NCBI GenBank assembly: GCA_002633005.1 | Contig: NMRA01000304.1 | Location: 399,200-463,199, forward strand | Reading direction: 5' to 3' | DNA length: 64,000 nt | Origin: Phoronis australis | Lineage: Eukaryota; Animalia; Phoronida | Part shown: positions 38,301-49,000 of the stretch, in pieces | Position numbering within the stretch: position 1 is the first letter of the stretch | Layout: every line of letters begins with the position of its first letter | Translations under genes and position numbers: made by a program | Notes under the pieces: generated by a model | Databases searched by the model: none | Told to the model about the DNA's origin: nothing | What the model saw: only the letters and a program-made list of their open reading frames with translations

Positions 38301-39998
38301 ATATAATTTCAAAGAGGCAAATTAACCAGATCGCAAGACTTTGCAAACACATCTTCCTGAATTAGCAGCCACTGAAGTGATTGGTCGGCGAGGTTGGAAA
38401 GTTGAACTGACCAATTGAATTCACTAACTTTGTCACATGTACAACTAGTGGCTTGCAGTCTACGGAGCTTGCTCAAGATGTATGTCACTCTGATGACAAC
38501 ATACATACATGCACTATAGTTGCAATTGATTGACTTTGCATGGCAACCGGCTAAGGGATTTGATTGGTTCTTGATGATGACTTCTAGCTTGCAGACCATC
38601 AGATGTCTTAACTGACTGACGAGGTGGAACCAGCAAAGTGAATAAAGAGAAGCCTGTATGTCCTCGAGTAGAGGGCAAAGTTCAACAATTTTACAAGGAA
38701 AATCATGACTAGGGAATTTAAAGAATCTGACAGTGCTCAAACAAAAAATAACTACAACAGAAACAAAGTGTTAAGAAAACAGTGACAATTTTCTCCCCCC
38801 AGGAATGTTGTTGAACACTTTTAGGACAGTGACAGCAGTTATTAAGCTGACTATGGCCCCCTTTGAACACTTAAAGTTGCATTTTACCGCTGTTAAGTTG
38901 CCAACGTTGAATTCTCTGGGGTTTAAAACATCACAGAAGACAACCAATCATAAATTGTTGCTCGAGTGAGCTGGAAACTCAAGATACATGCAGTTTTAGG
39001 GTTGCTAAAACCTTAAAGCATTTTCTTGAATAGCTAGCTTCAATGTTTTTGTTGGTAATGGAAAAGAAAAATATAGACCGAGTAAAAGGTCTGACTCAAT
39101 TTTGTAATTAGCCAGAACAGGGCGAAATGCAATTTTAAGATATTTTGAACATTTTTCATAAAAAGTACAAAAATCTTCAAACTGGAAGTATGGCCCAAAA
39201 GTGTCACTCCAAGTAAACTTTGTTCTCTCACTTTCCATTCTGTTAATTATATACTCAAATGTAGAGATGCCTTTCAATTGTCAGTCACACCTCCATTACA
39301 TAACAATTTGTCGAATTTGTCTTGAGCAATGACGCTAGTAATTAAACTAATAACAACATCAACCACTCAGACATACATTGTTATAAAACTTGTTCGCAAT
39401 TAGCAAAACTACTGGTTTGAAAAATTCTTTTCATGAAGTTCAGTTTAATAAAAATCAACTAAAAATCTTCAAAACACATTTCAGTGTACGGTAAAGTTTC
39501 CATGAATTCAAACAAAAACGTCATTTCTTCATATTTCAAACACTCACTGTATTGCCAAAATGTTCAAAATTTCACCGGGTGTTTCTTGGCTACAGTCATA
39601 CTACATAAAATTCTCAAATAACCAATTATTAAAGTAAAGGTTGTCTTTGGTTACTTTTGTTGAAACTTTATAAAATAGAATTTAACTGTTCCGCCATATT
39701 GTGTTCTAATTTTCAGAAACTTTATCACACAGAAACTATTAATTAGGACAAATGGAATATTACTTCGTCAACTTTTTGAATAAAAATGACAATTTTGGTA
39801 TTTATTCAAAGCCAAGTTCAGGAATTGCTGTAAGTATCATACTCCCAATTGACCAAAAAAGCCTTGAAAAATGTCAAATTCCCCTTCATCAGATTGTTAC
39901 TGTCAACTTACGGCTGTGTCAAACGTAGCGTTGTAGTCATTAAAGCCAGAGTACAGATCATCCTCATCCTCCCCCGCCAGATGAACTTGTTCCATCAT
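11214..39998 (-). CDS. IFT88: Intraflagellar transport protein 88 (TPR protein, IFT-B complex); complete, 18 coding exons, 2502 nt / 833 aa
   Basis: Exon translations match hallmark IFT88 segments (MMEQVHLAGEDEDDLYSGFNDYN, RPMTAVRAAGFT, EALNTYQVIVKNKMFSNAG, YVELANDLEI, EWLGAYYIDSQF, VKWQLMVASC, ERPKTAA...DEELGDDLLPE*). All junctions are GT-AG with compatible phases. Confidence 0.98.
12156..17181 (-). mobile_element. About 5.0-kb decayed TTAA-flanked DNA transposon in IFT88 intron 17, with an internally deleted transposase remnant (Sola3-like, tentative)
   Basis: TTAA at 12152-12155 and 17182-17185. Imperfect TIRs: gtactagtccacg..caccaacca..gcggcaaggtgggggtcagcc versus the reverse complement gtatcagtccacg..caccgacca..gcggcaaggtggggggtcagcc. 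Frameshifted Cys/His-rich coding remnants lie on the - strand. Confidence 0.8.
15000..16401 (-). pseudogene. Disrupted transposase-like gene (two exon remnants, about 16401-15959 and 15528-15000)
   Basis: Fragments in shifting frames: MMADLKCGF, TCPNHRY..EIYCCRQRH*EHPLH, MTKDVKSRFNVLLRVSSG|gtagga, then KGWVWKSSQPARRY and PEDMSKRICSLRNESGEKVFAKDYWLIPQQVQSNLLR. Multiple stops and frameshifts. Confidence 0.6.
17742..17870 (-). CDS. IFT88: IFT88 coding exon 17 (low-complexity linker)
   Basis: DRSGSGSRQSSAAARRS...EYKMSTKQEI; ttccag acceptor, GTAAGA donor, phase 1-1. Confidence 0.88.
18986..19068. repeat. 83-bp hairpin / mini-MITE (TA-CAG...CTG-TA); a related copy lies near 34490-34570
   Basis: tacagggtcttgcagtttgagaaccagttt pairs with aaactggttctcgaaatgcgggacccctgta; the second copy contains agaaccagttt...aaactggttctcaaaatgcgagactcctg. 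Confidence 0.7.
19682..19693 (-). CDS. IFT88: Candidate 12-nt alternative microexon of IFT88 (adds GVGS)
   Basis: - strand: ctttttgtcttgtttgtctttgccag|GTGTTGGTTCAG|gtaaga; symmetric phase 1 in intron 16. Confidence 0.6.
19766..19786 (-). CDS. IFT88: Candidate 21-nt alternative microexon of IFT88 (VFSSTSW)
   Basis: - strand: aattttgcatag|TCTTTTCGTCAACTTCCTGGA|gtaaga; frame-preserving, no stop. Confidence 0.35.
21191..21358 (-). CDS. IFT88: IFT88 coding exon 16
   Basis: CLKFLVRLCTDLGLKEAQDYA...EMREQR...NSAGS. Confidence 0.95.
21953..22250. repeat. 96-bp tandem repeat, 3 near-identical units, in IFT88 intron 15
   Basis: The unit marker aaagggttag recurs at 21961, 22057 and 22153. Confidence 0.95.
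22370..22488 (-). CDS. IFT88: IFT88 coding exon 15
   Basis: PNQVKWQLMVASCHRRSGNYQQALETYKAIHKKFPENVE. Confidence 0.97.
23429..23544 (-). CDS. IFT88: IFT88 coding exon 14
   Basis: SYRYFPSNIEIIEWLGAYYIDSQFCEKAIHYFEKAAIIQ. Confidence 0.97.
23932..24043 (-). CDS. IFT88: IFT88 coding exon 13
   Basis: FMQLISLVPTDP...EGDKSQAFQYHYD. Confidence 0.96.
24321..24468 (-). CDS. IFT88: IFT88 coding exon 12
   Basis: GLCNKRLGRYEDALDCFYKLHSILRN...QATEW. Confidence 0.96.
24893..25079 (-). CDS. IFT88: IFT88 coding exon 11
   Basis: ESDLSQADKYAEVAMTADRYNPSALVNKGNC...EALFNL. Confidence 0.96.
25523..26134. mobile_element. About 610-bp foldback/MITE, imperfectly palindromic over most of its length
   Basis: Nested inverted matches, e.g. 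ttttctgaaaggtgaataaatt / aatttatccacctttcagaaaa, actttgaacagag / ctctgttcaaagt, aacatgttgataacggcattt..gtgtctcagattt / aaatctgagacac..aaatgctgttatcaacatgtt. Confidence 0.8.
27736..27750 (-). CDS. IFT88: Candidate 15-nt alternative microexon of IFT88 (MGRSQ)
   Basis: - strand: ccctctttctgcgatttcag|ATGGGGCGATCTCAG|gtattt; phase 0 in intron 10, weaker donor. Confidence 0.35.
27814..28018. mobile_element. 205-bp TTAA MITE (Kolobok-like termini)
   Basis: TTAA at 27810-27813 and 28019-28022; TIR AGGGGCATTTCCTTTCTAGT vs AGGGTCATTTCCTTTCTACT (18/20). Confidence 0.8.
28892..28991. repeat. 56-bp GC-rich tandem duplication inside the Kolobok-like element
   Basis: atcccg(g/a)ccagtggctcggaacc(t/c)gatcaggcc(t/c)gtcgcggccg at 28892 and 28948. 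Confidence 0.9.
29673..29960 (-). pseudogene. THAP zinc-finger domain remnant with an in-frame stop
   Basis: MPLYCGASVPACPNYGAAKKAGILFFRLP*EPEMLRKWLVGLK...IRVCGRHFVYSDF shows the C2CH ligands plus the conserved P, W and HF of THAP; TGA at 29871-29873. Confidence 0.8.
30602..30688 (-). CDS. IFT88: IFT88 coding exon 10
   Basis: AAETLKSFEKKDTKVASTAATNLSFLYYL. Confidence 0.96.
32808..32907 (-). CDS. IFT88: IFT88 coding exon 9
   Basis: CVDQVKVSPYVELANDLEIDKAIMFLKQKEFQQ. Confidence 0.96.
33015..33063. repeat. Compound microsatellite (GGAT)n/(CAGA)n
   Basis: Read directly. Confidence 0.9.
33778..33935 (-). CDS. IFT88: IFT88 coding exon 8
   Basis: DDKQHNLILEVIKNDPLRQ...AAKLIAPSVEMSFAAGYDW. Confidence 0.95.
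34827..35058 (-). CDS. IFT88: IFT88 coding exon 7
   Basis: IKIMQNIG...CYFAIGDRDKMKRAFQK...DKYLPHS. Confidence 0.97.
35437..35654 (-). CDS. IFT88: IFT88 coding exon 6
   Basis: VLFNLANQY...EALNTYQVIVKNKMFSNAGRLKVNMGNIY...KEMR. Confidence 0.97.
36194..36298 (-). CDS. IFT88: IFT88 coding exon 5
   Basis: ALEKAKEAGRKERVLVREREQMASSDQINLDLTYS. Confidence 0.95.
36918..37084 (-). CDS. IFT88: IFT88 coding exon 4
   Basis: GAAFDPMNQ...PEEKIKILEKKVNELIEESC...FNL. Confidence 0.95.
37859..38036 (-). CDS. IFT88: IFT88 coding exon 3
   Basis: ATGMKAP...DGARPMTAVRAAGFTSAGNR; CAG/GTAACT. Confidence 0.93.
38193..38258 (-). CDS. IFT88: IFT88 coding exon 2
   Basis: DLENDAGFKQAVVKTSHGRKPP; CAG/GTGAGT. Confidence 0.95.
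39912..39998 (-). CDS. IFT88: IFT88 coding exon 1 (exon starts at acceptor 40044, so a non-coding exon lies further upstream)
   Basis: MMEQVHLAGEDEDDLYSGFNDYNATFDTA|GTAAGT. Confidence 0.95.
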
Positions 39999-41899
39999 TG
40001 TAAGGCGGTTAATGCCTGCCACTGCTAAACAGTTTCAAGTATATCTAAACGAAAACAAAATGCATAACATCAAATCACTTAAAGCCATCAACTATGACCC
40101 AGTTAAAATATCTTTGTATGGTACCCCAAATTACTTCAGGCAGAATTGTTGAAAATTGGTAATATTTCTGGTGCGGCCAGGAACCAAACTGCAACCACCT
40201 GCCCAGCAAAGGCTGGAATTAGATATTTGACATGTTTTAAGGCACTTGTACTTCATCAATAGGTTTGTACAAGATCTGCAAACTGCATTAGCCATCATTG
40301 TCTCAAACACTGATCTGTGTTCAGTGCAGTGAGTCCCATCTTAGCCACAGTAGTGACTTAGTATACACAACAATACAAAAGTTTGACTGAGGAGGATACA
40401 AATCATGATGGCAGCTAAAATTTTCGAAACACTGCTTAACAATGGACTAGATTAGTATCCTGTGTACAAAAATCTTCAAAGTGAGGCTAAATCCATAAAT
40501 GAATCTAGTCCAGTTAAGTGCCTCCATCCTCTTCTGTCGGGCATCACGGCTCAAAGCCAAGGATTCACCACAGTTCAAAGAAATTCTAACATAACATAAC
40601 ATGTATCACAGACTGAACTAAAACTATTTTGGATAATTTTTATGATATTTACTTTAGAAAAATAATCCTTACATGACTTTCAAGGAATTCAATTCCACAA
40701 GCCAAGCTGTCAAACAATCATCAGTTTCAGACCACGACATAACAATGGCTCGATGCTTAGCATACCAGAAACTCGTTAAATGTGACTGGCCTAACAAAAT
40801 TCCCAAAACGCTAAATGGGAAATGAGCTCAACAAAAATGGAAACCCTGTGTATGGCGGTGCAACAATATACCTATTATCATTTACTAGTACTGTTGTGAT
40901 CCTCCATGAGTAACGCTACAGCCCAATTTCCCCGTAAGACTAAAAATGCTGTTGCTATGACAATGGGTGGAAGATGTATGACTTTATGTGAACCTAAAAC
41001 TGGCGACTCCATGTCAGTTTTTACCACGTCACCAAAAAATATGCAGTCACATTGGCCAAATTTGCCAAATTGAGTCCTCAGCAGTGTTTTTGTCATGCGG
41101 TAGTTACACCACTCTACATAAAGGACCTCAGACCAGAGTTTCTGATAAACAGGCGTCTTGGCGATATGGGTTTTGATACAAATCCGCATGGATGAAGAAA
41201 AAGTGCCGCGGAACAATCCAATCGAGTTTCTAATGTGAATTTGGAAGCAACTGTCATCTGGAGTTGACAACAAATGTCAAATAGCACTTGCCGAATACAA
41301 TTGCGGTCACAGAGAAAACTAGGATTCGTTCCAAGAAACCAACTTGAGTTCATTTTTGACTTATGACTAAGATTTGTCTCAACTTAATTCAAACTTGAAA
41401 TCATTTTCTAGGAACGGACTTACTAGTAAGAAAAACTTAATTTTCATCTCAAAATTGACTTCGGTTAAGATTTATGTCAGTTTTCATGGAACAGGCCCCA
41501 GTATAATCCACTAAAGATTGCCTGATTCTCAAACTCAGGGAATGCTTAATATTTGACAAGTGCCTGACTAACGGGACAGTTGAAATGCAGTGTGCCTAAT
41601 GTTTTATCATGTATGGTGTGGAGTACAATCAAACAAAACTTTTCTAATTCACTGGCCAACAGGCAAATGCCTTTTAACTGAACAGTTTGGGCCAATTTGA
41701 ATTTCAAGCTGAGAACGTAAGTTAAAGTCTCCATGTCCATGATCATGGGCATAGTCTTTTCAACACCAAGGCTGACTAAGAACAATTGCTGAAAGGCGGC
41801 AAAGAGAGGCCTTTATATAAATTTATGTATTTAATCCAACTTCAAGTTTACAGAAATATCCCCATTCATTGGCCTATACCTAAAAGGATACCAAACCCT

Positions 41900-42720
41900 G
41901 TTTTCATGATTTCAGCCAATCCTCGTTCAGTCACCTGTTAATGCATCATAGGCGGCAATCTTCCAGGTTAAAGGCAAGAATCAACTAAAAACTTGTAATC
42001 TAAGTGTCGCACATTAGACGTTATGGTCCTTGCTGGGTGGTCTTTTCCTACAGCCTAAGCACATGCAGTTGTCGTACTGTGAGTCATGCTTGCACGTTAG
42101 CAGACTTTGAAAGGGTCGAGTTTTCTTCTCAACTTTTGAGGGTTGTCAAGGGTTACAGAGCATTATTTTGTTTCAAACTGGATAGAAAAGTCGTTTTTAG
42201 CATCTGTTAAACCGGATTTGGTATCAATAAAGGGGCTCAAATAAAGCTGAGAAACATTACACAGAGAGAGAGAGACTGTGAGAGTCCACTTACACTATGT
42301 CTCCAGTCACTGGCACTTTTATGAGCTACTCGACGTCAGAGTTATTATAGTATCATATCAAGCAGCTGTCAAGAGTGCCTTTCGCTCTCAGTCATCAGAA
42401 GAGTGTTCATCACCCACTCACCAGTCACAGCAGGCCACAGGGGCAGTGGCACAGTCACACACAACCACACTCACAGGTAAGTAAAGCGTCCTGACAACGG
42501 ACAAACATGAGATTCTGACGACCCATGGAACAACCGGTAAGGTGCAGCAGCACAACAAAGTTATACTCAACCTACCTTTTAATATCTATATGCACTTATC
42601 TCCAAAGAGTACCCACAAAAGGAGATGCATAACAACAAGAATCTTTCTCGAGTTTGGAATTTCAATCCCACAATTCCAGTTACAGCATGCGCCTCTGACG
42701 GTGAAATTCAGAACTAATTA
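41900..42720. promoter_or_regulatory. Probable divergent promoter region of IFT88 and the aminopeptidase P gene, with a + strand non-coding first exon ending at 42476
   Basis: The genes are head-to-head and both first coding exons begin at acceptors. A perfect CAG|GTAAGT donor at 42477 would splice to 42957. TSS positions cannot be read from the sequence. Confidence 0.5.
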
Positions 42721-42971
42721 CAGGTATTGACTAAATAGAACAAAACGCAATAAAACGTATTTGCTTGAATTTTGTTGAGTTGTGACAGATTAATCACTGT
42801 AATGTCGTTTTTACAATGAATAATGTAAGCTAAGTCGTATATTATCTTTTTTTGATGTTCATAGGTGCCTGTTGATATGTTTTTGTAACACCTTGCTGTA
42901 AGGAGGCGTGATTTGTGATTGCGGTCTGCTAGGTTAGTGTTTGTATTTACTCGCAGGGGAGGTGACGGGTT

Positions 42972-43017
42972 ATGATGGAGCGTGTACTTGTTGCATGTCT
43001 GGTGTTTTTCAGTTTGG
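42972..43017 (+). CDS. Aminopeptidase P coding exon 1 (signal peptide; exon begins 42957)
   Basis: tttgtatttactcgcag acceptor, MMERVLVACLVFFSL, G|GTGAGA donor in phase 1, matching the next exon. Confidence 0.72.
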
Positions 43018-46000
43018 GTGAGATTTTATCAACCTTCATACTAGATATAATTACAAAGTTAAATGTGCTTCGGTATGGTCGCAGACTCAACTCCAGTGTA
43101 ATTTTGTCATGACAAAAGTTAGTCAAAAGAAAAGGCGTAGTAGGGCTATAGCTGTCTGAGCCCCTATGGGGTATGGGCTGTAGGCCTATGGATTGTTAAA
43201 CATCGTCCGTTGCCGTTGATCGCCACGTTCAAGGTCGCAACTTTTTGGCCAGGTAGACCCTGATTTGTATATTTAGGACAGACAAATTTGCAATTCAAAT
43301 TTCATTTTTTACAATTATTTTATAATTTGTGGGAAATAATCCTTTTTACTAAACCATAGGCATAGTACTCATAGTAGTTCTCAGTGTTCTATCATTATCA
43401 TTTAGCGATAAATTGCTATGTTATCTTTCCAAAACATCCCTTGTCCAAGCAATACCAATAACTCGCAGGACAAAATGTCAGGATACAACCCGGTTGTATC
43501 CTGACATTTTGGCACTGTCAAACTGATAATGACATGGCATGTCATTATCAGTTTGACAGTGCCAAACCAATTTACATAGTCCAGCTCTCTTATTGTCTGC
43601 TTTCCTCTGATGCTCATGCAATCCAGCAATTATGTTGTAAACAGTGCACCTGATGCTAACCAATATTTAAAAATACTATTTGTATACGCCGGGACTTTCA
43701 CCAAGTATGGTGAAGCAGATCAGTTTTTGTCAAAAACAGTTAACTTTCAGAGAAAATAGACTTGACCTTCTCCTGTTGATTCCTTTGTGTGACTGTAAGC
43801 TCTGACCAACTTATCCACAGTATTGTGTTCCAACACAGAAGTCATGCTTGACAAGTTTAATCAAGTGTGATTTTAGATTAAATCCTGATAGTGGGAATTT
43901 CTTGATTTTTACACTCCAGGAGATTGGTACATAATGATAGTGAACTGATAAAGTAGCTATAGATAGTCACAGGTCCCTTATGGTTGTTATCAGCCTAGTC
44001 AGTTATGTAGTTGGTACCTTCTGGGGACCTCAGTGGTTGGTAAGACAAATCGACTAGGAAACACGGAGTCAGACAGTGTAACTGTAGAAATAATGACCTG
44101 ACATTAATTTTTCATGCCAACAATTTCAATAGCTAGAGTTAAAAAATTCTCTAACATAAAGTAATGATGCGTATATGAAGTAGGTTGAAAATTGACAAAT
44201 GTTTTTAAGAACGAGCCGGCTTTGTGGCAAAAATGATCCGCAGCAAATCACTGAACTGTGTCCAGTAAGTCTCGTGACATGGTGCTAGGGATTGAATAAC
44301 ACTGCATGATGCGGACTGTGTGAGCCCGCGAGGTACGTCGTTAATGCAAAGGTCACCTATTTGCAGATTTTGTTTGTTTTCACGTTAACAAATTGTCAAT
44401 GAATATAACTGCACTTTGTTTAGCGTGGATTAGGTTAAAATATTAAGGTTGTATAGGACCCTTAAGAAAATGTCCAAATTTTGCTAACTTTGGAACATCT
44501 TCTGAATCTCAGAAATGGCTGTTCGCATTGGTACAAAACTTTCAGATAATTTTCTTTGTGCAGTGATCTCCAAACTTTGGTGGGAACTATTTTTGAAATG
44601 TTCCACTTTTGCATGAGGGGCTGTCAAAAATTTGACTTTCATGGAAAAACTCAAAAACAAAGAAAAATGATAATTTAGAAATCTGCATCAGCATTTTTGA
44701 GCTTTTGTCTTGACCATTTTTATCAAATTAAATTTAGCCGTGTCACTGATACCATTTTATTGGTATAATCAATGTACCTTTCTTGTTTGCTGCACTTACT
44801 AAAAAGACATGGTCAATTATCCAATTAACGACAGTCAGACGTAAACAGTCAAAAGTCAATTTCTACAGACTTTCTGCCTTGAGAAAATATAGTACTTTCA
44901 CTGTGGTAAAATCTATAGATTTGTAGACGTTTGGTTTAATACACAGACTCGGTGATAAGGTCCTACATGATCTTGAACAATATTTATTTAGGCTCTATCA
45001 ACGTATGTCAACACAGTGGTGGTACTGACTATGAGGTCTAATCTCCTCTACTGATGAAGTGGATTATTGAAAAAGGCATATCTAACCTTCCTGTTTTGGC
45101 ATCAGTAAAAGTCCCATGCATGGCAGGGATATTCCTGGACCACGCCTTTGTGCCATTAGTGCAGCCTTTGTGCCATTAGTGCATAAAAATAAGAAGACGC
45201 AGTGCGCCGCCCGGGGCGCATCTTTTAAAATGCCACACTCTTCCTGTAGGTCCTATAGGTCGCAGATTTCATTAAAATGTTGGCAAGTTACAGGCCATTT
45301 TGGTTTTTATAATATTTGATTGTAAATTACCATCAATAAAAATTCAACTTTTAGGCAAAAATGATGCTGTTCTAATTTCGAACCCTTTGGGTGCCTGTTC
45401 CATATGTTACCAATTTAATTACACTAAGTCAGTGCTGGCACAACTTTTTGAAAAATGGTACACTTTTTATCAGGTGCGCCCATAAGGGCACAGGTTCAAA
45501 CTAGATCTGGAGTATCCCTGCGTGCAATGATCTGTCCAGTGCTGATCAACAGTGGTAAACAACTCCAACCTCATAATTTACAAAAACTTTACCTTAAAAA
45601 GTTCAAGAAAATAACTATCACGACGGTGCTTTTCAAGAGGAAAATCACAGTTGTGTCTTTGATTTTTAAGCATTGACTGGAATCACAGGAACTGTAAATG
45701 GCATCTGAAGATTTGACTTTGCAATTGCTGATTATATGTTCATTTCATTGATTTAGGGATTTTTTGTCATACAGAGGTCTGATATCAATCTTTCTTTTGT
45801 TAAATGCCAGGCTCAGTGTTTTGTCTCACAATCGCCAATTGTTTGCCACGTAATTGTGGGGTGGGGGTTGGGGTTGATGTAAAGAACTCAGGGCCAAGTT
45901 CCCACTGAATGACCCCAGGTTTCCAAAGGTACAGAAAATCCACTTACACAATAGGTTGTGCAAACAACTGTCAGGAGTTTCAGAAGTCCTTGGGGTAACA

Positions 46001-49000
46001 GGCGGTAGCATAGAAAATCTGGTCATGTCCTTGAATTTCACAGTCTATAGTGATTGTGCAGTATTTACCCACTCGTGTGGTTGTAGGGCAAGTACATACG
46101 GGGCTCTTTTAGTTGCCCTACAAATGACTGTTATCATGATAAACGCTGTTTTAGTTTTCCATTTGTCATTCTGATGCCAGTTATTCTATCAACATTGCAG
46201 ATATCAAAAAATTAGAAAAGGTGCCTGACTCAGCTACCTTTCGAAAACTAGGTCAATCATACAGAGTATTTTCAACCTTCACAAAGAGGAGAGTTAAAAC
46301 CGGGATGAGGCAATTGGAAGCAGAATGGTCGACCTTTTACCTTCAACATTCCTTAGTAGAAATAGTAAAAATGAAAATGAGAATATATTTGATTCATACC
46401 ACATCAAATCTCTAGAGAATAGATGGTAAAATGTGTTTCGTCAGACGGTAATGAAGAAATGGAATTAAAAGAGTTTGTTGCAGTTCATCTAGGATCAGTC
46501 CGAGTGACTTGTGAAAAATGAGACCAACTTTGTTAATGGGCTGATTTCTTGGCAAAAAATACCAGAATATTGCAACTGACAGGCATAATTGTAGCATACA
46601 TGACATTGCTTTTGCTTTGATCTCTCTTTCTATATATATCCACTACATTATTTGGTAATGTCTAGTTTCACCTGTCGCACTTAGCACCTGTAGCATCAAT
46701 TGGTATGCTTCATTGACTCCAGGCAGTGTCTGCTTAAGTAATCTAGTTTCTGGTCTGGACTGCTTGACCATGGCATGATTTAAAAAGCATATAAGTCGCA
46801 TTGTTGAATTGAAGGTGAAAATGTGTAACTGAGTCAACTCTACGTTTTTGTCCACTTGGCGTTTTGAAAGAATTGTAAAATTATCGCATTGATGTAATTT
46901 ACTTCTGAGTTAGATCTGTGGTAGTTACTGATTCAGCGAAAAATTGTTAATATTCATTAAAATGGATTAAACACTAAGTAGAATTCTCTAATTCAGTGCA
47001 TTTAATGCTGTGTGATTTCAAAGGTCAGTGATTGTGCGCTAATTTGTCAACTCCCTCTAGTGGTAGAAAGATTACGATGACAATCAACAACCTAGCTGTG
47101 TCAGAGATACAAAAGTACCACTAAAACTATGCTAAATGAATTTAATCTAGGTATATCAACTACCAAAACATAATTGGATTATTACATTTGAAGTCCCCCT
47201 CAGCTCATTCAAAGATGGTGGAAATTAACCGGCGGGCATAGACCTTGCCATGTGTAAGTTGTCGATTTGGGTGAATTAACTGAAGATGTGATAAAATCTC
47301 GTGAGTTTAGGTCACAATAAGGCCGACTACTGAAATTTTATATTCACAAACTGCGGTAATTTGTAGTGCAAAATTCATGCTTTGTGCTCAAGTTTTTTAT
47401 ATCTACTATCACATGGAATTTTGAAAACATCTTGGCACCCACAACACTATAAGAAGACCTTGGAAAATGATAAAAATGACAATCAGATTTTTGCTAGCTC
47501 AGACTATAATCCTGATAACATCCTAAGCAAAGTTGGTTAGTGTTCATGCAGTTATGAAAATAGGGCCACATTCTACTACTAGTGTTATCATGTAATTTTT
47601 CTTCTAAGTTATCTGGTAATTATGTTGAAAACTGCCTATCATTGTTACTCCTGTTGTGAAGTCCACTTGACTCTTGAGAATTAGGCTGAGCTCAGTTCAT
47701 CTGGTTCAACGGCAATTTGGGTAAGTCACATGCCAGGGCTAATCAACACAACACGCAAATTCAGAAAAACAAAGACCAGGGCATTAATTCAGGGCTCAAA
47801 GCTTAGCATAACATCAACTCACCAAGAGACTTGGCAAAATTCCCAAGTCTTTGCCTAAATGAGAAATGAGGTCACCAAAACAAGAAAACAACATCATTGT
47901 GGAGGTGCCAAAGGCCTAGCCCTTGTAAACTACGCTCTAAGTTAGCAAATGAGATTCCTGAATGTAGCATTCGGTGAACATGCCAAATGTCCACTAGGAT
48001 AATCTTTGTATGAAAATATTCCCTTAGTCTTGTGGTGTCCATAATCAAAGAGAACTTTTAAGCGGGGGGGGGGTACTAACTGTATTTTTTTCCCAGTAAA
48101 TATTAGTGAGGTAAATGAACTATTGTTGGAGACTACTGACATGGACATGTGAGATGTTGGTATTAGAATGTGGAAGTTAACAGTTGGATCCCTTGTTTAT
48201 TATGTAAAGGAACCCATGTCGCAGTATCGCAGCAAAGCCTGGCTGGTGAAGTAAAGCTCAAAAGCACCACGTTTTACAAAGCGAAGTGTCTGGTAGCGCA
48301 CGAAACATTTCAGTGGAGTCAGCATAAGATCTCCATATGTAAGGAGCCCCATTGTGTGATCTGTGCACAATGTCAATTGACCGGTCATAAAATTGTATTA
48401 CTTCAGCCTAGTTGTTTTCAGTTCCAAAAACACAACTTTTTTGTCGGAGGTCACGTTTGATATTTTATTTGAATTTGTGACGAAAAATACTACAAAACCA
48501 TACCTCAGAGTTTGAATTTGTTTTTGTTGAGGCGTTTTCAAGGTACTTCGGCTCTGGCCCTAAGCGCCTATGAATATTTATCTACGCTTTTTGACTCGTT
48601 CATTCTGTTCGAAAAGTTTTAAAAAATAGCAAAACGTGTTTAAAAGATTTTTGAAAAGGTTGTTGTGGATTAGTATCACATAAGGGAGCACATTTCGTTG
48701 CGTTGGCATAAATTTTGAAGCTATTCCAACTGTGCATTAATTATGGTAGTGACTCGACGAAAGTTTGTTTTCATCATGCAACGTGGTCGGGCATTTCCTA
48801 ATATGATGTTTTTTGAATGGCTACTTTGGCGGTGTTTAAGTGCAGCGAGAAAGTGAAGGCGGTGGTCAAGCTGCCGTCAGATGAGCAGACGTGATCGACG
48901 ACGAGATCGTCTCACCTGATCGCTACGTTGTACGCTAGGCTTCCCAGGCCGGCCCGGTGCCGGTGGGGAGTTCGGTTTCGCACAAAACATTTCAGTGGAT

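Noticed and set aside
38309-38740. 143-aa ORF in IFT88 intron 1 (and the similar 131-aa ORF at 40878-41273)
   Set aside because: Non-ATG starts, no recognisable domain and no splice context; consistent with chance ORFs or TE debris.
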